Origin: an uncultured Acidobacteriota bacterium | GTDB lineage: Bacteria > Acidobacteriota > Terriglobia > UBA7540 > JAPUME01 | NCBI GenBank assembly: GCA_964605715.1 | Contig: CAZSDV010000002.1 | Location: forward strand, 167 to 64,166 | Length of the DNA stretch: 64,000 nucleotides | Direction: 5' to 3' | Shown: positions 1-9,036 of the stretch, one piece after another | Position numbering within the stretch: the first letter of the stretch is position 1 | How the letters are laid out: every line of letters begins with the position of its first letter | Program-made: the position numbers and the translations under genes | The notes under the pieces: model-generated | What the model saw: the letters and a program-made list of their open reading frames with translations, nothing else | Database searches by the model: none | What the model was told of the DNA's origin: nothing

Positions 1-282
1 ATTCTCCAATATCTCTTGGCGGGTAACATAGCGATTCCCCTGCACTCTTACTCCAGAAGAAGAAAACTTGAACAGGCTTAGAGGATTAAGGTCTCTCACC
101 TCAAACCAGTAGGCTACGCCCGCTCCACCCACAAGAGTAAGTAGTAGAAACAAAACCCATTTCCTTAATCGCCGAGCAAGGCTGGGCATTCGACGCCTGC
201 GAACGACCCCGGGGCGTTGGCGCCTCAGATAGGGCGAATCGGAAGAATCTTCTTGCCTAAAGTCTGAAGTCTTTGTCGGCAT
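1..282 (-). CDS. ftsQ: cell division protein FtsQ, N-terminal part (gene runs off the left window edge)
   Basis: Absent from the ORF track because it has no stop in the window. Manual translation from the ATG at 282-280 gives MPTKTSDFRQEDSSDSPYLRRQRPGVVRRRRMPSLARRLRKWVLFLLLTLVGGAGVAYWFEV...GVRVQGNRYVTRQEILEN: a basic cytoplasmic tail, one TM helix and the start of a POTRA-like segment. It lies 39 nt downstream of murB, the usual dcw position. Confidence 0.6.
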   Translation of the reverse strand, partial: MPTKTSDFRQEDSSDSPYLRRQRPGVVRRRRMPSLARRLRKWVLFLLLTLVGGAGVAYWFEVRDLNPLSLFKFSSSGVRVQGNRYVTRQEILEN

Positions 283-321
283 CACTCCCGCTTGGGTTTC
301 CTGGCAAGGACCGACTGATCA

Positions 322-1245
322 TCAGGAATCCTCACGCCAGACGATAATCTCCTCTTCGAGTTCTACTCCGAATGCCTTTTTTACCCTCTCTCGCATAATA
401 TCCATCAAACGGAAAACGTCACTTGCTGTAGCCTTATGTTGATTAACAATGAAATTGGCATGTCGATTCGAAATCATCGCACCACCCACCCGCATCCCTT
501 TCATCCCTAGATCATCAATCATTTTACCGGCCGAGTAGCCAAGGGGATTCTTGAAAATACAACCGGCACTTTTTTCATTGATCGGCTGGGAAACGCGGCG
601 CTTCTGATTGCATTGCTTAATTCTCTCAACAATGCGTTCATAGGGGCTTTCTATCAGCTCCAGCGTCACCAATAGTATAATGTCATCAGCCCCGAAGGAA
701 GTCTGTCGGTACTCAAACCGGATCCCTTCAGGCTGCAACTCCTCAATTTCCCCGGTTGAGCTCCGAAATACCTTGACAGCCTTAACAAACTCTCCAATCT
801 GAGTTCCGTATGCGCCGGCGTTCATGTGGAGCGCTCCCCCAACAGTCCCTGGAACTCCGACCAATCCCGAAATACCTCCCAGATTATTTCTTGCGCATCG
901 GGTTACAGAAGCACCCAAACTCGCTGCTGCCGCAATTTCCACCCGAGAACCGTCAAAACGAACCCCATTCCTTTCTGGTGCGAGCTGCAAGGCAACCGAA
1001 TGTAATCCGTTGTCCTCCACCAGAAGATTAGAGCCTCCCCCGAGCAAGCGCCAAGGTATTCCTTTGCTACGGAAAAAATGGGCTATGTCAGGAAGACAAC
1101 GCCATTCTTCAATCACAACTACATCTACTGGACCTCCAATTGACATGGAAGTCAGTTCGCTCATATGTTGCGCCCGTTTCAGGCGAACAGGGAAGGCTTT
1201 CAGGTCTCTTGCAAGTTGTGTTCGACTGCTCTTGGCACTGGCCAT
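322..1245 (-). CDS. murB: UDP-N-acetylenolpyruvoylglucosamine reductase
   Basis: 307 aa. FAD-binding MurB pattern (LGGGSNLLV, GVPGTVGGALHMNAGAYG, AGCIFKNP). Start overlaps the murC stop (TAATG). Confidence 0.93.
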   Translation of the reverse strand: MASAKSSRTQLARDLKAFPVRLKRAQHMSELTSMSIGGPVDVVVIEEWRCLPDIAHFFRSKGIPWRLLGGGSNLLVEDNGLHSVALQLAPERNGVRFDGSRVEIAAAASLGASVTRCARNNLGGISGLVGVPGTVGGALHMNAGAYGTQIGEFVKAVKVFRSSTGEIEELQPEGIRFEYRQTSFGADDIILLVTLELIESPYERIVERIKQCNQKRRVSQPINEKSAGCIFKNPLGYSAGKMIDDLGMKGMRVGGAMISNRHANFIVNQHKATASDVFRLMDIMRERVKKAFGVELEEEIIVWREDS

Positions 1246-2684
1246 TACTTTGGTACCTTTTCGGCAGAATACTCAAGAGAAAAAGCTCTCAAAAGCTTAG
1301 CGGAAAATTTTGAAATGCTTCCCGCGCCCATTGTCAAAATCAGGTCACCAAACTGCGCTTCACGTACAATGCGGTCAATCAATTCTTCGTTTTCAGGAGA
1401 ATACATCACCAATCCTCCGCTATTCGATCGCATCTTACCTACCAGGCATTCTGCATTGACACCCGGAATTGGGACTTCACTGGCTGGATAGACATTGAGT
1501 ACATCGATGCGTGCACAACCTTCAAATGCACGCGAAAACTCGTCCATAAGTTGCGCTGTCCGCGTGTATCGATGCGGCTCAAAAATAGCCCACAATCGGC
1601 GCGGGTTCCGCAACAGAGCCGCCTCAATTGTGGCTTTAATTTCCGTTGGGTGATGGCAGTAGTCATCCATTAAAGTAACCCCACCAAAGGTTCCGGTAAT
1701 CTGCAGGCGCCGGTCCACGCCTGTAAACGCCTCAAGGCCTCGGCGAATCATTTCGAATGAAATGCCTAGCTCGAGTCCTACTGCCACCGCCGCAAGGGAA
1801 TTCAAAGCGTTATGCTTGCCGGGAACATGGAGGTTTATGTGCTGGCTCATCTCCCCTTCTACCAGAACATCGAAATCGGAGCTTTCTCCGTTCAATGTAA
1901 GGTCACGGGCACTTATCGTGGCACCTTCCCTGAATCCATAGGTTACTATTTTACGGCCCAATAGCTTAGCAGGTGTAGCTATGTGGCGAAGCCTCTTGTC
2001 GTCAGCACAAATAATAACGGTGCCGTTCATCGGAATTTTCCTTGCGAAGGATATAAAAGCTTCTTCAATTTCATCCATGTCTCGATAGTGGTCTAGGTGC
2101 TCTCGGTCAAGATTAGTAATCACAGCTAGGGTGGGCTCCAGGCAAAGGAATGAGCGATCGCTTTCATCAGCCTCTACAACCATCAAGCTGCCTCTGCCTA
2201 GCCGGGCATTACCCCCGCCGAAAATACCCAGTCGTCCGCCAATTACCACCGTTGGGTCTAGTTCTGCCGAGGCCAGCAACACCGCTATCATCGAACTCAC
2301 AGTTGTCTTACCGTGCGCCCCAGCTACGGCTATGCTCTGCTTTAGTTTCATCAGCTCAGCCAGCATCTCGGCGCGAGGAATTACCTCCAACCCAAGACGC
2401 TGAGCTTCAATAACTTCAGGATTATCAGGGCGAATAGCTGAAGAAGTAACTACTAAAATGCTGCCGTGAACATTCTCTGGTCGGTGTCCTGCATGTACGG
2501 AGGCTCCTAGACTTTTGAGATGGTCCGTAAGCTGTGTCAGCATGAGATCTGATCCGCTTATTGAATACCCAAGCGTTAGCAAGACCTCTGCAATGCCACT
2601 CATGCCGATTCCACCAATTCCAATAAAGTGGATACGCTGGCACTTCTCTCTTAGTTTTTCCAGAATCTGAATTGACTTTCTCAA
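1245..2684 (-). CDS. murC: UDP-N-acetylmuramate--L-alanine ligase
   Basis: 479 aa. Mur ligase motifs IHFIGIGGIGMSGIAEVL and AVAGAHGKTTVSSM, with dcw context. Confidence 0.95.
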   Translation of the reverse strand: MRKSIQILEKLREKCQRIHFIGIGGIGMSGIAEVLLTLGYSISGSDLMLTQLTDHLKSLGASVHAGHRPENVHGSILVVTSSAIRPDNPEVIEAQRLGLEVIPRAEMLAELMKLKQSIAVAGAHGKTTVSSMIAVLLASAELDPTVVIGGRLGIFGGGNARLGRGSLMVVEADESDRSFLCLEPTLAVITNLDREHLDHYRDMDEIEEAFISFARKIPMNGTVIICADDKRLRHIATPAKLLGRKIVTYGFREGATISARDLTLNGESSDFDVLVEGEMSQHINLHVPGKHNALNSLAAVAVGLELGISFEMIRRGLEAFTGVDRRLQITGTFGGVTLMDDYCHHPTEIKATIEAALLRNPRRLWAIFEPHRYTRTAQLMDEFSRAFEGCARIDVLNVYPASEVPIPGVNAECLVGKMRSNSGGLVMYSPENEELIDRIVREAQFGDLILTMGAGSISKFSAKLLRAFSLEYSAEKVPK

Positions 2685-2739
2685 ATCAATCTTTTCCTTT
2701 CAACTGCCATGCATCAATCAAGAAAAATCACTAGAGGTG

Positions 2740-3813
2740 TTACGAACTGACTGCGAGTCCCTCGATCAAGTCTGTAATGTCACGGGTAGCCTCAGGCCGT
2801 GAGCGCAGCCGTGCTCGAGCTTCCATTTCCTCCATTCGATCTGGCTGGCTCAGGAGGCTCAAGATTTCAGAGGCTAAGCGTTCACCGTTCAACTCAGATT
2901 GCGGAATTAGAACCGCAGCACCGGCGCGCACCATGTCTCGAGCATTTTCAGTTTGGTGATTATCTGTAGCGGCAGGAAAAGGAACCAGCAAGGGAACCTT
3001 GCCTGAGGCGGCAAGTTCTGCAACCGTAACCGCACCCGATCGCGCAATCACAAGATCTATTTTAGCAAATATACTCGGCATGTCTTGAATGAATGAGAAA
3101 ACCTCAGCTATCAGCCCATGTCGTCGGTAAGCCTCACTAACGCTATCGTAGTCCCTTGCACCCGCTTGGTGATAAAATTCCATTGAAGGAATTCGGTTGC
3201 GAAGGAACGGCAATGCTTCCACAACAGCACGATTGATCTCTCGCGAGCCCTGGCTTCCTCCAAATATCAGGATTGCCGGCGCACAGGGGCGTGCCCGAGG
3301 GGAAACCCCAAAAAACTCCTCCCGTACGGGACTGCCCGTAAGGACGGCTTTACTCCCAAAGTAACGCCTTGCACTCTCAAAGCTGATAGCTGCTCTTGTT
3401 ATCCACATCGTTAGCAACCGGTTGGTCAAACCGGGAACCGAATTTGGTTCGATTAATAGAGTGGGAATCCCGCGCAGTGCAGCCACTAGAACTAGGGGGC
3501 CAGCAGAATAGCCTCCTGTTCCCACAACAACCTGAGGGCGAAATTTCTTCAGAAGTATAGATGCCTCAATCAAACTTCGAGGAAGCATTAAAAGATGGCC
3601 AAGCATCCGAGCTGGACTAATACCTTTTAGCGGCGCCGCGCGGATCGTCTGCAAATTAAATCCCGCTGCGGGTACCGTCCGTGCTTCCAGGCCCCGATTA
3701 GTGCCAACAAAAAGAATATTACTGGACGCGTCCCGTCGACGGAGCTCCTTTGCTACCGCCAAGGCGGGAAATAAATGGCCACCCGTTCCGCCTCCGGAAA
3801 AAATCACTCTCAT
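2740..3813 (-). CDS. murG: UDP-N-acetylglucosamine--N-acetylmuramyl-(pentapeptide) pyrophosphoryl-undecaprenol GlcNAc transferase
   Basis: 357 aa. N-terminal GGGTGGHLFPALAVA and a C-terminal GT28 pattern (ARSGAVTVAELAASGKVPLLVPFP...HQTENA). Confidence 0.95.
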   Translation of the reverse strand: MRVIFSGGGTGGHLFPALAVAKELRRRDASSNILFVGTNRGLEARTVPAAGFNLQTIRAAPLKGISPARMLGHLLMLPRSLIEASILLKKFRPQVVVGTGGYSAGPLVLVAALRGIPTLLIEPNSVPGLTNRLLTMWITRAAISFESARRYFGSKAVLTGSPVREEFFGVSPRARPCAPAILIFGGSQGSREINRAVVEALPFLRNRIPSMEFYHQAGARDYDSVSEAYRRHGLIAEVFSFIQDMPSIFAKIDLVIARSGAVTVAELAASGKVPLLVPFPAATDNHQTENARDMVRAGAAVLIPQSELNGERLASEILSLLSQPDRMEEMEARARLRSRPEATRDITDLIEGLAVSS

Positions 3814-4116
3814 TTAATCGCCCCGCTCCTTGATTACAACCCTAGTGTCCTGTGAAACTATGAGCTCAAAAAGGAAATCTAGAATATTAGGCAACTCCCC
3901 ATAGCCTGCGATAGCTTTGCTCTCTACCGTCCAACAGCACTGCCAGGAAACGTAAATGAGTGCTCACTAATTGGCCGGAGTACTCTAGACAAGAATTCAC
4001 AACTTCGTCCCGAGTGGCATGGATTTGCACCGAATAGCAGGGTCCCGAAGACCAGTTCCCTTACTGCACCTCTGGCGGTCCAAAACGTTCCTGAAGAAAG
4101 GACACGGAGGCGGGCA

Positions 4117-4743
4117 TTAAGGTGTAGATTGCGTGATGGGAGCTGGGTTGCGCAAACCACCAAGAAAGATCTGGGTGAAAGCACATGCAAGTTCTTCCTC
4201 TTTGATCGGCCCGTTGGGGTCGTACCACTGGTAAAGCCAATTAATCATCCCAAGGAGCGCGTACGCAGCCAACCGAGGAGAAACCATCGGGCCGCTTTCA
4301 CCTTTCTGAACTTCAAACACTAAACCTTCTAAATACTCTATATAAGCACGTTTGCGAGCATTGATCTTTTTCCTTAAAGGTCCACGTACCGTACGATTCT
4401 CGTGCAGGACAACGGTTGTTTCCAGATCCCGGGTGTGGACGATTAAATGGATGTGTCCAGCGATGGTCTGTTTTAATTTCTCCATTGGGTCCTCGATTTG
4501 GGCCACACGACTCAGGACAGCTTCGTCAAGAATATCCATTCCGTAATTCATGATCTCAAAAAGCAGCTGTTCCTTACTTCCCACATAATGATAGAGCCCT
4601 GCCTTGGTCAGTCCTACAGCATTAGCAACTTCCTGCATGGAAGCACCCTCAAAACTTTTCTCACAAAATATTCGTGCTGCCCGCTGGTAAATTTCGCGCC
4701 GCTTTCGTTCTGCTTCTCCGGTCACTTTATGCCTCTCCGACAT
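4117..4743 (-). CDS. TetR/AcrR family transcriptional regulator
   Basis: 208 aa. N-terminal HTH FEGASMQEVANAVGLTKAGLYHYVGSKEQLL is typical of TetR_N. Confidence 0.88.
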   Translation of the reverse strand: MSERHKVTGEAERKRREIYQRAARIFCEKSFEGASMQEVANAVGLTKAGLYHYVGSKEQLLFEIMNYGMDILDEAVLSRVAQIEDPMEKLKQTIAGHIHLIVHTRDLETTVVLHENRTVRGPLRKKINARKRAYIEYLEGLVFEVQKGESGPMVSPRLAAYALLGMINWLYQWYDPNGPIKEEELACAFTQIFLGGLRNPAPITQSTP

Positions 4744-4761
4744 TCACCTTAGTCTTTGCTC

Positions 4762-4776
4762 TTCTTGTGTCAAGAA
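4762..4776. promoter_or_regulatory. candidate TetR operator (perfect inverted repeat TTCTTG-TGT-CAAGAA)
   Basis: A 6+3+6 palindrome read directly from the sequence, 19-33 nt upstream of the TetR start codon. TetR regulators commonly autoregulate through such sites. No experimental or comparative support. Confidence 0.3.
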
Positions 4777-4974
4777 AAAAGACAAGTTAATGGAACTTCT
4801 GGTGGAATAATGTCCATGCCTCCCTGTGGATAAAGAAGGGACTGTAAAAAATCATTAGGTTCTCTGCCCTCTAAAAAACCCTAACTACATCTTCACTTGG
4901 AACCGAAATTCACCTTCCAATTCCAAAAAAACCGCATGACATTGAATCACTTAGCTAAAATTCCTCGGTACCCT

Positions 4975-6195
4975 CTACGTCCGATACAATGCATTAATCC
5001 TGATGTAATCCTCAGTTAGATCACAGGTCCAAAAGCACGTCCTGGCCTTTCCTTGATGAAGATCAACGGTAACAGAAACTTTCTTTTGTTTCATTCGCTT
5101 CTGCGCTTCCGCTTCCTTAAAGGTAACTCTCCGACCTCTGCGGCACAGGGTTAACCCACCGACGCGAATCTCCACTAGGTCAGGATCAATCTCCGCTCCA
5201 GAGTATCCGGCAGCACAGAGAATGCGGCCCCAGTTAGGATCACCACCGGCGAAAGCAGTTTTAACAAGTGCAGAATTAGCAATGGCACGGGCTACCTGGT
5301 CAGCTTCATGAACCTTACGTGCCCCACGAACTTCAATCTCAATAAACCTCTTTGCACCTTCCCCATCAGCCACAATTTTTCGCGCAAGCACCGAGCAGAT
5401 CTGCTTGAACCCCTCTAGTACATCAGTGTAGTACCGGGAATCCCGACGAATCACCGGAAGCCCGGAAGCACCATTCGCAAGCACGGCCACGGTGTCGTTA
5501 GTCGAAATATCACCGTCCACCGTAATGCGGTTGAATGAATCCCTGATAGCCTCTCGGAGTATCACCTTGAGTGTTCGAGGTTCAATCGCAAGGTCGGTCG
5601 TGATGTAACAAAGCATTGTGGCCATGTGCGGGTGAATCATCCCAGCGCCCTTAGCAACTCCAGCAATGTGGGTGGGCTTTCCTCCAAATGAAGTTCTAAG
5701 CACGGCGGACTTAGGAACAGTATCAGTAGTCATAATGGCGGTTTCCACATCACCAGCCACTTTCGAAAGGTTTCTCTTTAAGATGGGTAGGGAATTAAGA
5801 ATGAGTTTTGGATCCAGCGGAACACCAATAACTCCAGTGGAAGAAACTAATACCTCTTGCACTGGAACACCCATTAATTTTCCTACTGCCTCAGCCGTTT
5901 TACGCGAGGTGCGAAGCCCTGCTGGGCCATTTGAAACATTCCCATTGCCCGAGTTCACAATGATGGCGCGCAACCGCCCACGGCTACGACGGAGATGCTC
6001 ACGTCCCAATACAACGGGAGCTCCGACCACCCGATTAGTGGTAAAAGCAGCTGCTGCCACAGTTCCAGATACTTCAGAAAAAATCAAAGCAAGGTCAAGT
6101 GCATTAAGTCCGTGTTTTATTCCAGCAGAGGTTGCAGCTGCACAAAAACCCGCTGGGGTGGCAATATTCCCATGGATTAACTTCCATCTTTGCAT
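4975..6195 (-). CDS. argJ: bifunctional ornithine acetyltransferase / N-acetylglutamate synthase
   Basis: 406 aa. ArgJ family pattern including the autoproteolytic site region HPHMATMLCYITTD and the C-terminal TEDYIRINALYRT. Confidence 0.93.
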   Translation of the reverse strand: MQRWKLIHGNIATPAGFCAAATSAGIKHGLNALDLALIFSEVSGTVAAAAFTTNRVVGAPVVLGREHLRRSRGRLRAIIVNSGNGNVSNGPAGLRTSRKTAEAVGKLMGVPVQEVLVSSTGVIGVPLDPKLILNSLPILKRNLSKVAGDVETAIMTTDTVPKSAVLRTSFGGKPTHIAGVAKGAGMIHPHMATMLCYITTDLAIEPRTLKVILREAIRDSFNRITVDGDISTNDTVAVLANGASGLPVIRRDSRYYTDVLEGFKQICSVLARKIVADGEGAKRFIEIEVRGARKVHEADQVARAIANSALVKTAFAGGDPNWGRILCAAGYSGAEIDPDLVEIRVGGLTLCRRGRRVTFKEAEAQKRMKQKKVSVTVDLHQGKARTCFWTCDLTEDYIRINALYRT

Positions 6196-6590
6196 CGACC
6201 ACTCCTCAAGAAAGATACTACCTAGGGTACTCAGTGTAGCAAGTTTTCCTCTTTTGAACGAGTCTTCGCCGCTTTAATAGACGAGCAGTTATCCAGGGGG
6301 TTGAAATCAGTATAAATGTTAAAATGAATATTAAGCTCACATACAAGAAAAGGTTTAACCCGTCTGACCATATGAAAGGAATATCTTACTGAATTAATGC
6401 AGCAGGTTTCTGAATAATACTCACGAGGGGCAACACTTGAGGAAACTCTACATAACGTAGATCTCTCCCACTTCCAGACAAAGATCCCAGGCTTCCAAGA
6501 TGGAGTCACTGGAAACATTGAGAAGGCGTACCAGGTGATCTCTTTTGATAACTGAGAAGGTCGCGGCTAGCATGACTTAGGAAACCCTAC

Positions 6591-7583
6591 TCATTTAACT
6601 CCATCCCAAGCAAAGGCACCAAAGCGCTGACGAGTATAAAACCCTAACCTTTTGTAGAAATGAACGGCATCTGAATTTTCATCTGTCACGGTAAGGGAAA
6701 CCTGTCGGATACCACGCTTATATAATCTCTCAAAACAGGAATGAAGCAGTGCCGTCCCAATTCCCCGTCCTTGGAACTCCGGTAAGATACAAATCTGAGG
6801 GATGTGACCACTAGAAGCCCCGACTGAGGTTACAAGTGCAGCTCCACAACAGACACCGGTCGGTACATGAACAGCCAGAATGGAATCTTTGGGTTCAAAA
6901 ATTCCACAACCCTGATGTTGAGTTACGTTTTCGACCACTTGAAATGCTCCTTGGTGAGAGCGGTACTGAAGATTAATGTCACTATCAACGTGACCCTTAT
7001 AAGATTCATAAATTAGAGCAGCAACCACACCTTCTTCTCTCTCTCCCCAATCTTCAAGCTCAACATCTTTGTTCAATAAAATGGGCCAAGAGGACGACAA
7101 ACGGAGATCGTAGATCATGAATTGTCGCCCGAAGGCCCGGAAATCTTTGAGCTTAAAACCCACGATAATATCTTCCAAATGGAATTGGGGGAACTGTGCC
7201 TCTATACGGTCAATTCCTGGAGTTGCCTGCAGGGTTTCTATTAAGTGGCGAAGTAAGAGCCGTGCGCATTCAGCACGGTCCGTGCGAGGACTGGCAAATA
7301 CATTGCAGATAACACCCTTAGGACCTTCGCAAATAAAAAAGCCGTAACCGAGTGGAACCGAATCTCTGAGGAGCACATAACCAGTTAATCTTTGTGTATC
7401 GAGACAGCTACCGATAAAAGTGGATGTCTGGCTGAAGTCCCACTGAAGCTCTTTTTTCCAAGACCGCCTCTCTTCCTCAAAGAGGTCCTTAAGCTGGCGT
7501 GAAGTGAACTGTCGAAGATCAACCACTCGCCAGGCAGAAACTGGGCTTCCAGCAGTCATTGCAGATTCGCTGAAACTGGCCAC
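6591..7583 (-). CDS. GNAT family N-acetyltransferase (two-lobed, 330 aa)
   Basis: The C-terminal half carries the acetyl-CoA motif ILPEFQGRGIGTALL...FYKRLGF. The N-terminal half looks like a second, degenerate GNAT fold. Substrate unknown. Confidence 0.75.
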   Translation of the reverse strand: MASFSESAMTAGSPVSAWRVVDLRQFTSRQLKDLFEEERRSWKKELQWDFSQTSTFIGSCLDTQRLTGYVLLRDSVPLGYGFFICEGPKGVICNVFASPRTDRAECARLLLRHLIETLQATPGIDRIEAQFPQFHLEDIIVGFKLKDFRAFGRQFMIYDLRLSSSWPILLNKDVELEDWGEREEGVVAALIYESYKGHVDSDINLQYRSHQGAFQVVENVTQHQGCGIFEPKDSILAVHVPTGVCCGAALVTSVGASSGHIPQICILPEFQGRGIGTALLHSCFERLYKRGIRQVSLTVTDENSDAVHFYKRLGFYTRQRFGAFAWDGVK

Positions 7584-7764
7584 AGATTACTCTCCTAGAG
7601 CCCCATTCTTTTTCATTGCACACTACCCCAAAACAAGGCTGCTCTCACCTGGAAAGGATACCAGAGGAAGATTAGCAGGAAACTATAATTCCTTCCCATA
7701 TGGATCCTTTTTCTGCCTCAGGGATTGTCTTGCCTAAGACTTTGAATCGGGCTATTCTGAGAGT

Positions 7765-7900
7765 ATTGTCCGAGGCTTAATTTACTGAGGCCATCTAAGG
7801 GAAAGATTCAGCACTGCGAGTTAAAAGATGCTGCAAAAACATCGCGCCTCACATTTTCAGAAAGGATCGTTTCCCTCCTCCGGGCGGAGGTGGTTTTTGG
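7765..7900 (+). promoter_or_regulatory. structured moaA leader, candidate Moco (molybdenum cofactor) riboswitch
   Basis: The leader of a divergently transcribed moaA contains CCGAGGC...GCCUC pairing, a GAAAGGA...CCCUCCUCC segment reminiscent of the Moco motif, and an intrinsic terminator (next feature). The aptamer assignment is from memory of the motif only and is not a covariance-model hit. Confidence 0.3.
7876..7898 (+). terminator. intrinsic terminator/attenuator inside the moaA 5' leader
   Basis: CCUCC-GGGC-GGAGG hairpin (7876-7890) followed by UGGUUUUUGGGUUU, about 50 nt before the moaA ATG. The upstream gene is on the opposite strand, so this terminator can only act on the moaA leader transcript. 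Confidence 0.55.
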
Positions 7901-7946
7901 GTTTGACTTGGCTGCATATTTGAAAACCTGAAGTGTTAGCTCTCCT

Positions 7947-8960
7947 ATGTTGCATGATAAATATACCCGCGACCTCAATGATCTACGGATATCTGTCACG
8001 GACCGGTGCAATTTTCGCTGCACGTACTGCATGCCGCTCGAATCCTACCGTTGGATAGAACGTCGAGAGGTTCTTTGCTACGAAGAAATCCTTCGGCTGG
8101 CAAGGCTGTTTATTGATGTGGGAGTAAATAGGATCCGGCTCACTGGAGGCGAACCACTTCTACGGAAAGATCTGGAGCAGCTGATTGAAAAACTTTCTGC
8201 TCTGGACGGCCTCAAAGACTTATGTCTGACCACAAACGGTGCCTTGCTTACTGAAAAAGCGTCGGCCCTCAAGTCGGCCGGACTCGGACGAATCAATGTT
8301 AGCCTAGACACGCTTGACACTAATAAGTTCAAAAAGATCACTCAAAAAGGAGATCTAGGGCGTGTTCTCGAAGGCTTAGATGCCGCCAAACACTGTCGGT
8401 TCTCGATGATCAAGATCAATACGGTCGTTGAGCGCGGCGTGAACGACGACGAGATCCTGAATCTTGTAGAATTCTCAAGGGAAAATCGCTTCCCCATCCG
8501 TTTTATAGAATTTATGGATGTCGGCAATTCGAATAACTGGAAATCCAATAAGGTGGTAACTAAAGAGGAAATACTTGATATAATTCATGCAAAATATCCT
8601 CTGCGCGAAACTGAAAGCAGTAATCCCAGTGCCCCGTCGACTGATTATGAATTCAAAGATGGTGGTGGTCGAATTGGCATCATTGCCTCAGTCAGTGAAC
8701 CATTCTGTTCCACCTGCACGAGGGCACGGCTCACAGCGGACGGGAAGCTTGTAACTTGTCTATTTTCGGAAAATGGATTCAATCTGAAAAAGCTCCTGAG
8801 GATTGGAGCGAAAGATCATGAGATTCGCAGGTTTATTGAAAAGGCGTGGAAGGAGAGAAAGGACCGTTATTCCGAAGATCGGCTCGAAGCACTACAGTCA
8901 GTGGACGGCTACCAAGCAGAGGCTCACCGAAAAATAGAAATGATCCAGCTTGGAGGCTAG
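7947..8960 (+). CDS. moaA: GTP 3',8-cyclase (molybdenum cofactor biosynthesis protein A)
   Basis: 337 aa. Radical SAM CNFRCTYCMP, a C-terminal second cluster CSTCTRARLTADGKLVTCLF, and the GG terminus typical of MoaA. Confidence 0.93.
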   Translation: MLHDKYTRDLNDLRISVTDRCNFRCTYCMPLESYRWIERREVLCYEEILRLARLFIDVGVNRIRLTGGEPLLRKDLEQLIEKLSALDGLKDLCLTTNGALLTEKASALKSAGLGRINVSLDTLDTNKFKKITQKGDLGRVLEGLDAAKHCRFSMIKINTVVERGVNDDEILNLVEFSRENRFPIRFIEFMDVGNSNNWKSNKVVTKEEILDIIHAKYPLRETESSNPSAPSTDYEFKDGGGRIGIIASVSEPFCSTCTRARLTADGKLVTCLFSENGFNLKKLLRIGAKDHEIRRFIEKAWKERKDRYSEDRLEALQSVDGYQAEAHRKIEMIQLGG

Positions 8961-9036
8961 ATCTTCAAAAAGCAGGACCCTACTCGGAGAAAGTTTGAAA
9001 TAATAAGGATAGAGTACCCGTAGAAGGCAGGTAAAC

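Noticed and set aside
3924-4190. 88-aa ORF between murG and the TetR gene
   Set aside because: It overlaps the 3' end of the TetR gene, has no recognisable motifs, and has an odd composition. It is probably non-coding promoter region for murG.
8961-9036. Possible nadA-motif (NAD+) riboswitch upstream of nadA, which is reported for Acidobacteria
   Set aside because: The intergenic region is only 76 nt, and I could not recognise the tandem-domain core I remember (CAACA.CCCC-type). Two loosely similar ACCC(U/G)(A/U)A segments are not enough. It should be settled with the Rfam nadA model.
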